Shown in pieces: positions 37,380-50,834 of a stretch of 64,000 bases of DNA. Below the pieces are notes generated by a model, which made no database searches, was not told the origin of the DNA, and saw only the letters and a list, made by a program, of their open reading frames with translations. The stretch is from NCBI RefSeq assembly GCF_006345805.1, contig NC_043012.1, positions 24,180,001 through 24,244,000 on the forward strand, in the 5' to 3' direction. Made by a program: the position numbers and the translations under genes. Source of the stretch: Octopus sinensis (lineage: Eukaryota). Numbering within the stretch: position 1 is the stretch's first letter; every line of letters starts with the position of its first letter.

Positions 37380-37760
37380 ACAGCCTGTAAGGGGTTGCTT
37401 GCTGACATATCTTTCGTGGTTTACATGCTTCAGTCTCTGGACTTGTGGTCAGGCTGGAGCACCACCTTGAAAGGGTTCTGTTGGTCATATTGATCAGAGT
37501 AATTATTTTTAAAGTCTGGTACTTGTTCTATCAATCTTTTTTGCTGAACAGCAAAGTTACAGAGATGTAAACAAACCAACACTGGTTGTCAAGTGGTGGT
37601 GAGGAATATACACATACTGAAGACAGGTTCCCATACTGATTCCATCAACCAAATTCACTCCCAAGACATTGGTCAACCAGCGGCAGTAGAAGACACTTGC
37701 CAAAAGTGTCTTGTAGCAGGACAGAACTTGAAACTAGTCTTGCAAAGGAAGCTCCTGCAA
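37380..37760 (-). mobile_element. SINE group A, degenerate
   Basis: gctggagcaccaccttgaa...agaagacacttgcc. Confidence 0.7.
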
Positions 37761-38051
37761 CCCAGGTCTACTGAAGTCTCTTTACATGCCAGTAAATGTG
37801 TGATGGGGGAGGGGGGGACCCACAGCTAGGTTTCTAATCATAAAGTCTTAGGTTCAATTCTCACACTGAAAGACATGTGTCCTTGTGCAAGAGACTTTGT
37901 TTCATTTTCTTCCAGCCCTTACAGTTGGCAAAATGAGTATAAAGATTCAGAAAGTGTTTAGACAGCAGTTTGACCAAAATCTTTCTTCTGTAAATCATAT
38001 AGTTGTACTATACACATAATACAAATACTCAGAGTTATAGCTAACTATAAT

Positions 38052-38087
<36 letters not shown>

Positions 38088-38094
38088 CATATAA

Positions 38095-38430
38095 TTTCAT
38101 TTTTGCATTTGGTTTACAAGATTCTTTATGTGAGTTCGTGTGTTGAAGCATATTTTATTGTGTCTGGGAAGAGTCATTCTCTTTTAGTGTCTTATTAATT
38201 TAACAGTCATTGGTCTGATTTCCACTCATTAACTTATTTTTACTAAAATTTTCATTGCAACTAACAACCTTTTCAATAGTCAACGACTATTGAAAAGGTT
38301 GCAAGACACAAGAAGAAGTTTAGTAAAAATAAATAAGTTAATGAGTGGAAATCAGACCAGTGAGTGTGTTAAATTAATAAGGCACTAAAAGAAAATTACT
38401 CTCCTCAGACACAATACAATATAAATATAT
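38095..38430. repeat. foldback (palindromic) element
   Basis: ~110-bp inverted arms (38150-38255 / 38315-38425) around a perfect 17-bp hairpin at 38265-38301. Confidence 0.9.
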
Positions 38431-39399
38431 ATATATGAGAGACACAGAGTTACCTATAATTGTGTAAGCATATAAAATCGAAGTATAGAGTATTATGATC
38501 CATTTCAGCCAATCTCACCAATCAGTTTCACACTGGGTATTAAGATAACCAGATGTTAGGTAACACAGCAGTAAACTGTTCTCCTCAGAGGTGGCAGGTA
38601 TGGAACATGTATGGGGGCTGTTCTCTGTTCCTAGATGTGAACAGGAAACTCTTACCACTCAGCCACACCCGTTTGTTTATGTGTGTGTGTGTATTCATAT
38701 TAAAGTGTAACTTGGCCTCTCTTATCATCAAATCAGGACTTGTACCATTCAATAAATGGAGGTTGGTAAAATAAGCATCGGGATCAATATGATTGACCAA
38801 ATTCTTGAAGCTGAGGGAAAGCCTTTTCTTCGAGACCAAGATAACAATAAAAACAGAATATATTTGCAATATATTATACAGATATACATTATACAGTCTG
38901 TAGAAAACATAAATCCAAAAGAAGCAGCACACTCTAAGATGTAGAGCAGTATATATTAAAAGCGGGTAAGGCCAGTTTATGGGATTACTTTGGATATCCC
39001 GTCCATAAAGGGTTTAGCTTTATGTCATATTGTCAGACCCCAAAACCTGTTGGCCTAGCTAAATGTTGTATGGATGGGAAACCCAAGGTAATCCTATAAA
39101 CCGGCTTTCCCCACTTTTAATATATATATATATATATAAAATATGAATTAGAGATAAAACCACGATCATGCAACTCAAACAGTGATAGGCATAAACCAAT
39201 ACATAAATAAATAATATATATATAATTAATATATTATATATATCTATATATATATATTTTTTCACATTTATTTTATATATATATATATATACACACGTCA
39301 GGATTTGTCCTTATAGCCAAACCAGGTCTTTTCCAAGCCTTGTGTTGAAAATCTCCAAAGGTGGTAATCTTTTGCAATCTTTGTCGGTGTGAACAGTCC

Positions 39400-40130
39400 T
39401 CGACAGTGTATTCCTAAGGCAGGTGCATCTCTCAACAGCTTGGAGAGGCTGATTGTTGATTGCCAGGAGTGGTTTTATGCAAAGTTTTCCAGGAACAGGC
39501 TGGTTTGTGACTTTGGTCCTTTTGATATTGTGAGACCAAAGTGATCACAAGTTCTAGTAAAGTTGTCTACACCCTGTTGTGAGCCCAATCAACCACAACG
39601 GGGGGCTTTCTTGTGGTCATTCCTCTAGTCTTAGTCCTTACGTTCAGGTAACTGGTGTTAAAAAGACGTATACAAATCTGTTGTGGTGTTTACACTATTT
39701 CATGGATATGAAACTCTGGCAGTTTACCAAAGACATGCAAAATTGCTTAACTGCTTTCATCTAACAGGTTTGCATGAAATTCTCAACATAAAGAGGCAAA
39801 TGATGTTCCCAATACAAATGCGCTAGAGAGAGAGAGAGCACACTTGTATTGGGAACTTCCAGCTATGGCAGAATGGACATGTAGCGTACCTAACTCCAAA
39901 TTCCCTATACAGATTTTCTTCAGGAGACTAGCAGTTGGTTTGCAGTCCTGTGTTGGACCTAAGAAGAAATAGAGACACACTATCAAGACAACCTCAAAAT
40001 AGAGCAACTCAGAACAGTCTGAGAACATCTTGCTCGCTGTGGCATAGGGCTGTGGACTTTGGAGTACAGTACTCAGAATCAGAAAGGGACTGCATAGAAA
40101 GCAAGAGTACTACCGGGTCCTGATTCTGCT
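39400..40130 (+). mobile_element. decayed RTE (BovB-like) LINE ORF 3' part
   Basis: HAKLLNCFHLTGLHEILNIK, VPNTNALER, GHVA, FPIQIFF..LAVG..SCVGPKKK*RHTIK across frameshifts. Confidence 0.7.
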
Positions 40131-40534
40131 AACAATGGCCCTGTTATAACCATGAATTTTATGCCAATATTGGCCTAATTGAGCCATTTTGGGACCCGCA
40201 AAGAGCAAAGCTGCTAATCGGGTCATCTCGAGAGATATGAACAATGAATATCAGGCACAGTTTCACACCCATACACACATATTTGAAATAAACAATGAAA
40301 CCTGAAGAAGAAGAATAGAATGGCATGTGTGTGTGCACGTGTGTGTGTGTGTGAGTAGATATACAACAACATCTGTGATGCAGTGATGAGCATATGTGCA
40401 TCCATGTGTGTGTCTGTGTGTGTGTATGTTTGAGAAGGTATGTGAATGTGTGCAGATGGACTCTCTTACTATTCGCATGACAATATCAACCTTTTCTTGT
40501 GCATGTGCCATTATGTGCTCAAGCATGTGGATAT

Positions 40535-40875
40535 TTATGCACACATGTATGTGTATATATATATATAAACATATGCATATAAACATATATATATACACAT
40601 ACACACACATATATACATATATATACACACACATATATACACACACATATACACATTTATACACACATATACACATATATATACACACATATATACATAT
40701 ATATACACACATATATACATATATATACACACACACATACATATATATACACACACACATATACATATATATACACACACACATATACATATATATACAC
40801 ACACATATATACATATATATATATATACACACACATATATACACATATATATATATCAACATATATATACACACG
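40535..40875. repeat. TA/CA compound microsatellite
   Basis: Direct. Confidence 0.95.
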
Positions 40876-41224
40876 CTTGAATATGTGAGAGTATGCGCAT
40901 CAGTGTGTACACACAACTTCACATAAAGAATCACATACGCGTACATCCATAAATGTGTGTACGAGATTACACATACATACATACAATATACCTGAACAAA
41001 CATACATACGCATGTCTACAAATGTGTGAGCGTAGCAATATACAAATCAAACAATAAACAGAAGTATAAAGAATGCTATGAATACATACATATAGAATAT
41101 TCTATACATTGATGTGTATAATGTGTATATAAATATGTATAAGTAAGAAGTGGGTGGGTGTATGTGTGTTAAGCTTAACCTTGTTTCTTAACAATGCAAT
41201 ATTCTGCTAAGGCATACTAGTATG

Positions 41225-41915
41225 TATATGCATATTAGTTAATGCATGTATATATATATATATATGCATGTGTATGTATGCATATATATATATTTATGTG
41301 TGTGTATGCATATATATATATATATGTGTATGTATGCATATATATATATATATGTGTATGTATGCAATATATATATTTATGTGTGTGTATGCATATATAT
41401 ATATATATGCATGTGTATGTATGCATATATATATTTATGTGTGTGTATGCATATATATATATATATATGCATGTGTATGTATGCATATATATATTTATGT
41501 GTGTGTATGCATATATATATATATGCATGTGTATGTATGCATATATATATTTATGTGTGTGTATGCATATATATATTTATGTATGTGTATGCATATATAT
41601 ATATATATATGCATGTGTATGTATGCATATATATATTTATGTGTGTGTATGCATATATATATATATATATATGCATGTGTATGTATGCATATATATATAT
41701 ATATATATATATGCATGTGTATGTATGCATATATATATTTATGTGTGTGTATGCATATATATATATATGCATGTGTATGTATGCATATATATATATATGC
41801 ATGTGTATGTATGCATATATATATATATGCATGTGTATGTATGCATATATATATTTATGTGTGTGTATGCATATATATATATATATCTTTGTATGTATAT
41901 ATATATATTTTGTGC
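41225..41915. repeat. minisatellite alternating atgcatgtgtatgtatgc and atttatgtgtgtgtatgc words with (TA)n spacers
   Basis: Direct. Confidence 0.95.
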
Positions 41916-42690
41916 ACACACACATATTAAAGCATTTATATACATACATATATCATCATCCTTTAACATCCATATATATACATGGACAAAAATACACACA
42001 CACACACACACACACACACAAAGGCATACTTAACCTCTCCCCATCCATCACAGCCAGGCATTGGACTTGTAACAATTGAATCATCAACACAAATGAAATG
42101 AGAGGGAGAGAGAAAGACAGACAGAGAAAGACAGACTTTACCAAAATATTTATTCTATTCCTCTTGTTCTTCACTTTTTCGAATCATATCTTTTTTTTTT
42201 TTTTTTTTTACAGATAGACAGACAGCTACCTAAACACTGAGGAAACTTGCAATTCCTGCAGTCTTTTGTATTTTTTGTTGCTTCTTTGTTAAAAAGCTAT
42301 CTTCATTCATATATTTATATTTAATTATTTTACTAAATTTTTTTTTTGTTTTACTCTTTTTTTTTCATATTTGGGGTTTCTGCTACACCAACACCAAGAC
42401 TACTACCATCACCATCAACAGAAGAATAACAGACAACCTGAAAGAAATTACCAGAATACTATATTTCTTATGCCCATTTTTTGGAGTCTTTATTTTCCCC
42501 CCCCGTATTTTTTCAAGAATTTGTTTATCTAAGTATATTCATTCTTTATATTTATTCAAAATAAATACCAATATAAATAGCACCACCCACTAAGTTAATC
42601 TCCCCACCCCCACTCTCCACCCATATATATGACTAACTTTATTAAGGTGGCATTGGTCACTGTGCAATTCCTAAGACAAAACTGTTTTTG

Positions 42691-42752
<62 letters not shown>

Positions 42753-43477
42753 TGTATACATAAACACATCTATGTGTGTGTGTGTTGACATGGTGGTAAC
42801 AGGTGAGGTTAAATAGTTGCTAACAAGTCCAGAGATGGGGGAAGGTTGAGAACCAAAAATACAAAACAAAAAAAAAACAACCGTTTCCTAAGAAACGAAT
42901 TTTTCTCTGCATACATGTCATTTACACATATTTCATTTGGATAATCTGCAGAAATTTCTTTCATATGAAAAAAAAACACCAAAAAAACACCAAAAGAAAC
43001 AACCTCTTCTTTACAAATTCATTTATTCATTTTATTTATTCATTTTGTAGTGTTTTTTTTCTTCTTGATATCTTATATTAATACTTATGTGTGTGTAGGT
43101 GTTATTTTGATTGGCTTTTTTTTCTCCTTGGCTATCAATTTTATTTACCAAAATAAAAACCAAAACAATTCAGGGGTTAAAACTAGACTTTCGAGTCGTT
43201 CAACCAACACCATCACAATCATCATAGGTGAACCAACAAAGGAGTTCGTCTCACTCAATATTTTCGACTGATTACTCTTGCTCTCTCTCTCTCTCTCTTC
43301 TAAATTTGAGTAACCATGTAGGTCCTCTACCACAAGAGCCTGTTCAGCACCTTTTCTCATCCTATTCTAACCATCCATCCCCCAACATAAAACCGACTCC
43401 CCACTCACTGAGTTTCAGAGTCTTGTGAGTTACATGACAACCTCACAAGTGAAAGTGGCACAAAAAAGTACCCAGTT

Positions 43478-44149
43478 CAGGAGTGGCTGTGTTGTAAGTA
43501 GCTTGTTTACCAACCACATGGTTCCGTTCAGTCCCACTGCGTGGCACCTTGGGCAAGTGTCTTCTACTATAGCCTTGGGCCGACCAAAGCCTTGTGAGTG
43601 GATTTGGTAGACGAAAACTGAAACTTAACTCGTCCTGTCGAAAAGACGCTTGTCCTGACGTCCTGGTTTTGTTATTGTTTTTACGTATTTTGTATTCTTA
43701 TTCGTGCTATCATTATTGTTTTTACATATTTTTGTATTTTTATTCGTGTAACATCGTCCGTTTTCCGTCCCTGTGTTGTATACTTTCGAGGCTTTCTTCC
43801 AAGGAATCTAATGCGCTTGGCTTAGATTTCCCTTGGGGTCTGCCCAGATCGGAGCAATCTCAAGATTAATCAGCCGAAATTGCGAAGATGATCCGGTTCT
43901 TGACTGATGACCGAGAGCTTCGAAAGTCCCGTGCGTGTATGTTTGTGTGTCTGTGTTTGTCCCCCTTGCATTGCTTGATAACCGATGCTGGTGTGTTTAT
44001 GTCTCCGTCACTTAGCGGTTCGGCAAAAGAGACCGACAGAATAAGTACTAGGCTTACAAAGAATAAATCCCGGGGCCAAATTGCTCGATTAAAGGCGGTG
44101 CTCCAGCATGGCCGCAGTCAAAATGACTGAAACAAGTAAAAGAGTAAAG
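43478..44149 (+). mobile_element. SINE group A carrying a ~300-nt unrelated insert (43622-43930)
   Basis: Group A head to aaactgaaa, insert, then group A body and tail. Confidence 0.85.
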
Positions 44150-44164
44150 AGAGAGAGAGAGTTC

Positions 44165-44330
44165 GCTATATGTTAAGTGGTTGGTGTTAGGAAAGGCATC
44201 CAGCCATAGAAACCAATGCAAAGTATAAACTAGAACTCAATGCAGTTCTTGGAGCCATCCGATTCAGACGAACCATCAAACTCATGTCAGCATGGAACAT
44301 AGTTCCATGATGATGATGATGATGATGATT
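44165..44330 (+). mobile_element. RTE 3' UTR terminal fragment
   Basis: ggttggtgttaggaaaggcatccagcc...(GAT)n. Confidence 0.7.
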
Positions 44331-44621
44331 ATCTGGCAAATACCTCTCATAAACTACACTCTAGCTTCTCTGCCAATTTCCCTCTAAAAAAAAAAAAAAA
44401 AAAACATAAAATAACCGACAAGGAAAGATATGAGGTTATGGGTATGGTTTAGTGTTTGGTTACCCCCAGCATGGCATTGCGGGAAGGTGCATACCTTTTA
44501 TTCTTTGCTTATCACATACAAATATCTATACAGAAGACCCATGACATTTAATAGAGAATAAATTATGCGTACTTTTGCATTACTTTCAGTATAAACCCCA
44601 TATTCTTATTCTTATCGTATG

Positions 44622-44815
44622 GCACTGTGCTGGTGGCACGTAAAAAGCACCCACTACACTCATGGAGTGGTTGGCGTTAGGAAGGGCATCCAGCCGTAGA
44701 AACATTGCCAGATCAGACTGGGCCTGGTGCAGCCTTCTGGCTTCCCAGACCCCAGTTGCACTGTCCAACCCATGCCAGCATGGAAAGCGGATGCTAAACG
44801 ATGATGATGATGATG
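44622..44815 (+). mobile_element. RTE 3' UTR fragment
   Basis: gtgctggtggcacgtaaaaagcacccactac...(GAT)n. Confidence 0.85.
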
Positions 44816-46020
44816 GCAAGCTGGCAGAATTGTTAGCATAGAGTACAAAATGCTCAGCGGCATTTCATCCAATTTTATCATCCGAATTGAAATTCTGCCA
44901 AGATCAACTTTGCCTTTCATCCTTTTAAGGTCAGTGAAATACCAAGCAGTTGAGTGCTGAGCTTGGTGCAATTGACTTACCTCCTCTCCACAAAATTTCA
45001 ATCTTTGTGTGACAGTAGAAAGGATTATTATTATTATTATTATTAAGGTGGTAGACTCGTAGGAATGTTGGACAAAATGCTTAGCAAGGCTTACTTCCAG
45101 ATCTTTATGTTCCGAGTTCAAAACCCGCTGAAACAAGTTTGTCCTTCATTCTTTCAGGGTTGAGGAAAGGTGAACCAGTTGTACGCTAGGGTTGATGTAA
45201 TCAACTAACCTCCACCTACCTTGAAAATTGCAGAGCTTCTGCTGAAATTTGAACCAATTAAAGATGACAAGCCGACAGAATCACCATAGAGTTGGACAAA
45301 ATGCTAAGCAGTTTCATTCAAATTCAGTAGGTCCCAAGTTCAAATTCTGCCATGGTTGACTTTGCCTTTCATACTTCCAGCTTTACATTTTGAGTTCAAA
45401 TTCTATTCAGGTCAGCTGTCTTTTATTCTTTCAGGGTTAGTAAAATGAATCTCAGTCAAACATTAAAGGTTGATAACAAAATACCAATCAAGAACTGAGA
45501 TTGATGCAAATGACCACTCCTCATACCCCACTAATTACCGGCATTGTGTCAGCTATTTCATCCAGCTATATTCATCTATATGCTCTGGGCTCAAATCCCA
45601 CTGCAGCCTCCAAGGCCGACAAAATACCAGTCAACTACTGGGGTCAATGGTATTAACCCAAGTGCCAAAATTGCTCATCTTGTGCCTAAGTCAGAAACAT
45701 TGCTATTATTGTCACCATTATTACTTGCAGCTGAGGTCAACTTTGCCTTTCATCCTTTTGGGATTGATAAAATAGGTACCAGTTGAACATTGGTGGGGGG
45801 GGGGGTCCAATGTAATCAACTCCTCCCCACTGACCCCAAGCTGCTCTTGTGGCTCAAATTTGAAATTATTATTATTATTATTTAAATGCCATTCATGTTG
45901 ACTTTGCCTTTCATCCTTTTGGGAGCTGATCAAGTACCAGTTGAGTACTGGGGCTGATGTACTTCACTTACCCAACTCCTAAAATTGCTGGACCTGTACC
46001 CAAAGTTGAAACTATTAATA
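44815..46020 (+). mobile_element. cluster of about five head-to-tail group C SINEs
   Basis: Repeated gagttcaaa...actttgcctttcatcc...gtaccag...aaaattgc modules. Confidence 0.8.
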
Positions 46021-46029
46021 ATAATGTCT

Positions 46030-46380
46030 TGCAAACAACTTGCACAAGCAAGTGCTACCAGTCAAAAACTCTGCATACCAGAGGCCAGCAAGTGTATGGG
46101 GTCATCAGGAGAGAATGCATGCCGTTTCGGGGCCTACCTCTCGACGGCATCAATGCGCACCGGCACCCCACCCCTCACTGATATGAGGCCCCGCTTGCTA
46201 GATCAGCTGGTTATCAAATAAAGCTCAATATTCTTCTAGCCATCGCTCATCGTCCCTTTTTAACCAAATCCAGTGGCTAGCCTTCTCCACTGTAGATTGG
46301 ATATCGGTCATGGTGGTATTGACTTAACGATGAGTTAGGCCTAGCGATAACACCAGTCGTCTCGCACTGTGTCCAATGAA
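46030..46380 (+). other. CpG-rich repeat-like segment, possibly LTR-derived
   Basis: High CpG content, AATAAA at ~46217 followed by a pyrimidine run; no paired LTR or TSD found. Confidence 0.25.
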
Positions 46381-46669
46381 TATAATAATAATAATCCAGA
46401 ATAGCAACACACATGCACACACTGAGCAATAATCTATCATTTACATATTTTAAATGAGACCATTAAGCAATCTTTCTTGCTATATTGTTGTTTTCCTTTT
46501 TCTGAAGACCTTGCGCATACTTATATTCCGTACCAATTCTTTGGTTTTGATATTTACAAAGCATTAGTAAACTCCAAGCTACTTTAGTCAAATATTTTGA
46601 AAAAGATTTATTTACAAAAACATTTTTTTAAAAATTATATTTATTTTACCTAGATACTTAAAAGAAAAA

Positions 46670-47120
46670 AATACACATACACACACACACACATATATAT
46701 ATACACACCACACACACACACACATATATATATATATACACACACACACATATATATATACACACACACATATATATACATACACACACACATATATATA
46801 CATACACACACACATATATATACATACACACACACATATATATACATACACACACACATATATATACACACACACACACATATATACATACACACACACA
46901 TATATATATACACACACACACATATACACACATATATACACACACACACATATACACACATATATACACACACACACACACACATATATATACACACACA
47001 CATATATATACACACACACATATATATACACACACACATATATATACACACACACATATATATACACACACACATATATATACACACACATATATATACA
47101 CACACACACATATATATATA
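46670..47120. repeat. (CA)n(TA)n compound microsatellite
   Basis: Direct. Confidence 0.95.
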
Positions 47121-47240
47121 TTATATGATATATAATAAAAAGAAATAGCAACAATCAAAAAACAGATTCCAAGTTCTTTTATTCAAAGACTTTGAGAAGG
47201 ACTTTGTCAATCTAGTGAAGGTGAGGCTATATTTTAATTC

Positions 47241-47275
<35 letters not shown>

Positions 47276-47614
47276 ACACACATAAATAAAGATATAAGAA
47301 CGGGCCTTGTGGAAATAATAAAAAGAAAATCCTTATGTCACTATGCAGGTAGCATATCATGTATTGGCTTGTTAGATATTATAAGCTTCTTCCACAGATC
47401 ACAGAGATAAAGAGATGCAAAAACAAAAAGAAAACTAAAAAAATGTGGTACTGAGCTGCTGCTTTATTCTGTTACACAGTAAGAAGCTGTCAGTAAAGAA
47501 GTCAAGAGAAATGTGATGGTAATATCTGTAATGGAAATGACACCAGCTAGAGCTATGATCAGTGAATGTTGTTTAAAGATTGGCTGTCATCTGTCAACTT
47601 TCAGCATAAAGGAC

Positions 47615-47750
47615 TCAATCGATATCATAATCGTAACACCATGACCAATGATAAAAAATCCAAACCATGAGCTGCGACAGAGCAGCAGACAGCAGAAGCG
47701 AAATGCAAACATGAAGGATGAAGATCAACATGTGTAGTTTTCGGTAATTC
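47615..47750 (-). CDS. candidate terminal exon (strong acceptor, short hydrophobic ORF end, downstream AATAAA)
   Basis: T-run-ctcttcacag acceptor; NYRKLHMLIFILHVCISLLLSAALSQLMVWIFYHWSWCYDYDID*; minus-strand AATAAA at 47463-47468; frame uncertain. Confidence 0.25.
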
Positions 47751-47969
47751 CTGTGAAGAGAAAAAAAAAAAAAAAAAAAAACACATACAAACACAGATAC
47801 TTATGTTCTGTGATTGAGAGAGAGAAAGCAAAAGTGGGGTGTTTCAAAAGTAATTTTTAAATATTCTTACATGGAAATATTAAGGATTTTCAGAGAAACT
47901 TTACAGTAAAAAGTAGTAGGTTGACTTAGACACCAAGATTCTTTGGAGTATGCAAAATTTTAAGAGCAG

Positions 47970-48335
47970 ACATAGCGAGTGGTAAAAAGTTTGCTTTTCA
48001 ATCACATGGTTCCAGGTTCAGTTCCACTGCATGGCACTTTGGACAAGTGTCTTCTACTATAGCCTTGACCAAAGACTTGTGAGTGGATTTGGTAGATAAA
48101 AACTAAAAGAAGCCCGTATTGTGTATGTGTCTTTGAGTGTGTTTGTTCCCCACCACTGGTTGCAACTAGTATTGATGCGTTTATATCCCAGTAATTTAGT
48201 AGTTTGGTAAAAAAGAAACCAATAAAACAAGTACCAGGCTTCAAAGAAAAAGAATAAAAAACAGGAATTAAAATTCTTCGAGGTGGTGCCCCAGCATGGC
48301 CACACTCTATAAAGCCTGAACCAAGTAAAAAGAAA
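47970..48335 (+). mobile_element. SINE group A
   Basis: Head, body, ccccagcatggcc, tail. Confidence 0.85.
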
Positions 48336-48489
48336 ATGCAACAGGATTTGGAAAGATTCTGATGATGGATAAATGCTTACACAACTTTGGCAATTGGTCT
48401 GCCAGAAAATATGGTAGTATTTACTATGAAGCTATCTTGTTCCAAATCAAACTTAAATTATTAATATCAATTATTACCCTTTACGTTTG

Positions 48490-49300
48490 GAGTTCAGTTT
48501 CCTTGGGCTGATTTTGTCTTTCATTCTTAGAGGTGAAGGAGAGGGCAAAGAAGGTAAAATTCAGTACATTTTGAGTTCAAATTCAATTCAGGTCAGCTGT
48601 CTTTCATTCTTTCAGGGGTTAGTAAAACGAATCTCAGTCAAACATTGAAGGTTGATAACAAAATACCAATCAAGAACTGAGATTGATGCAAATGACCACT
48701 TGAGTGAGCCCTTCCCATTAAAATTCCTGGCTTTATGCCAAAATGTGAGACAATGCAATAGCAGTGAGCTGGCAAGAATCCTTAAAACATCAAATACATT
48801 TATTCTGGCTTTTTATCTTCTGGGTTCAAATTCAGTTGAGGTCAAATTTGTCTTTTCATTCTTTCAGGGTCAGTAAAATAAAGTAGCAGCAAAGTACTGG
48901 GGTTGGACATAATTAACCAGCCCCTTCCCTTAAAATTGCTGGCCTTTGTGCCAAAATTTCAAACCATCATCATTATTGTTATGGTGGTGAACTGACAGAA
49001 TTATTAGCCCCCACCACCACCAGGGAAAATGCTAAGCAGTATTTCATCCGTTTTTATGTTGAGTTCAAATACCAACCAAGGTTGACATTGCCTTTCATCC
49101 TTTCGGGGTTGATAAAATAAGTACCAGTTGTGTACTGGGAGTCAATGTAATCCACTAGCCCCCTCCCCTGAAATTGCTGGCCTTGTGCCAAAATAAATGA
49201 AACCATTATTATCATTATTGCTAAGATGACAAGCTGGCAGAATTATTCACAACATAAAAAATGCTAAGCATCTTGTTTGGTGTGCTGAGAATTCTGCCAG
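48490..49300 (+). mobile_element. cluster of group C SINEs
   Basis: Repeated ttcatcctttcggggttgataaaataagtaccag-type cores. Confidence 0.8.
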
Positions 49301-49309
49301 CTTATTACC

Positions 49310-49530
49310 TTAATAATAATAATCCTTTCTACTAAAGGTACAAAACCCAAAAATTTAGGGGAGGGGACTAGTCGATTACATCGATCCCAGAGTTTCACTG
49401 GTACTTTATTGACCCCAAAAGGATGAAAGGCAAAGTCGACCTTGATGGAATATGAACTCAGAACATTCACACAGATGAAATACCTCTAAGCATTTCACCC
49501 AGCGCAATTCTACCAGCTACCCACCTTAAT
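49310..49530 (-). mobile_element. SINE group C
   Basis: aaaggatgaaaggcaaagtcgacc. Confidence 0.8.
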
Positions 49531-50437
49531 AATAATAATATAGAATTGTTTTTACATATTTTACTTTCAACTTATTCTTATGAATAAGTATTTAACTCAA
49601 CTATTCAGACTCAGACTGAGTCCTCAAAAAGTTATCTGGTGCCTATCAGCCAGAAGCATTCCATGTTTTAGCACCACCCTCCTATACACTACTCCCATTC
49701 ACTCTTTAAGAGACGGGCATAAAGAAATGACATCATTTAGTTATAAAAGAGCTGTTTGAGAAATTCATGCAAAAGCCCCCCAAGTCTTCAGAATCAAATG
49801 GACCATTATTAGCAGACAAAATAGGAGAAATATGGAGGTGGGATGGGGGGGGGGATTAAAAAAAAAAGGAAAATGAAAATGTTTTACTGTTTGGTACTTG
49901 ACCAAACTGGAGTAAAAGAACTGTTTTAGATGCCATGTTGTATAGAATATATATATATATATTATATATATTGGCATTCACAGAGATGTAAATCTCAACG
50001 AAATTTCTAGATAATGTGATAGAAAAATCTGCAAATGTGCATACATGGTCTTACATTCAGAGATTGCGCACATGAATGTTTATAAAACAGTTATTGTGCA
50101 GGCGAAACTATCAACAGAAGCTAAGCTAAGCAAGAAAGCCACAAAGATGCCTGGCAAAAATATTACCTCCATACATCAGAGAGTTCCTAAATAGCAATCC
50201 TGGATTTAAGCTTGTCATTTATTTGGTCTGGTTTCGCTTTTTTTCTGTTTGTCTTTCATTTTTTCTTTTCTTTCTTTCTTCCTTCCTTCCTTCCTTCCCC
50301 CCCCCCCAGATACTCCACACATTCAGATTTACATACACATTTCTTACCTTATTCCAATATGAATGCCTAAAGAGCAAGTCTTAATAATATATATAGTTGG
50401 TTGAATAGAAGTAGGGAGGGAGGGAGAGGAGGGTTAG

Positions 50438-50481
<44 letters not shown>

Positions 50482-50834
50482 GCCGGTTGTGATGGTGGAA
50501 GATATTTTTAATAGGCAAGTTCTAATATATAACTACCCTCTTTTTCGATCATCCCTGTAGTTACGAAGAAAAGCTTATAGGACCGCAAAGAAAAAAAAAA
50601 TGATTACAGCGAGCATGGTATGAAGGCGGAGGGGTGGGCGTTAGAGAGAAAGAGAGAGAGAGAGAATATATGAATATCATAAATACAGAAAGTGTTGTTG
50701 TCTGCACAAGTGCAATAAAAATTGACAATTTCATTTCGAATAAGGATAGCAGACACTTGAATAGAATGGAGCAAGAAGAGATGAAGACGGTGTAACCGAA
50801 TTGTTACAAAAGGCTGCGGAATCAAATTTGATTT

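Noticed and set aside
38160-38190. CTGGGA/CTGAGGA-GAG..CTC in the foldback arms as a hammerhead
   Set aside because: No GAAA follows the putative stem II.
46105-46200. HDV-like ribozyme
   Set aside because: Only 8 nt lie between the P2-like and P1-like strands, too few for P3/L3, and no J4/2 motif was recognised.
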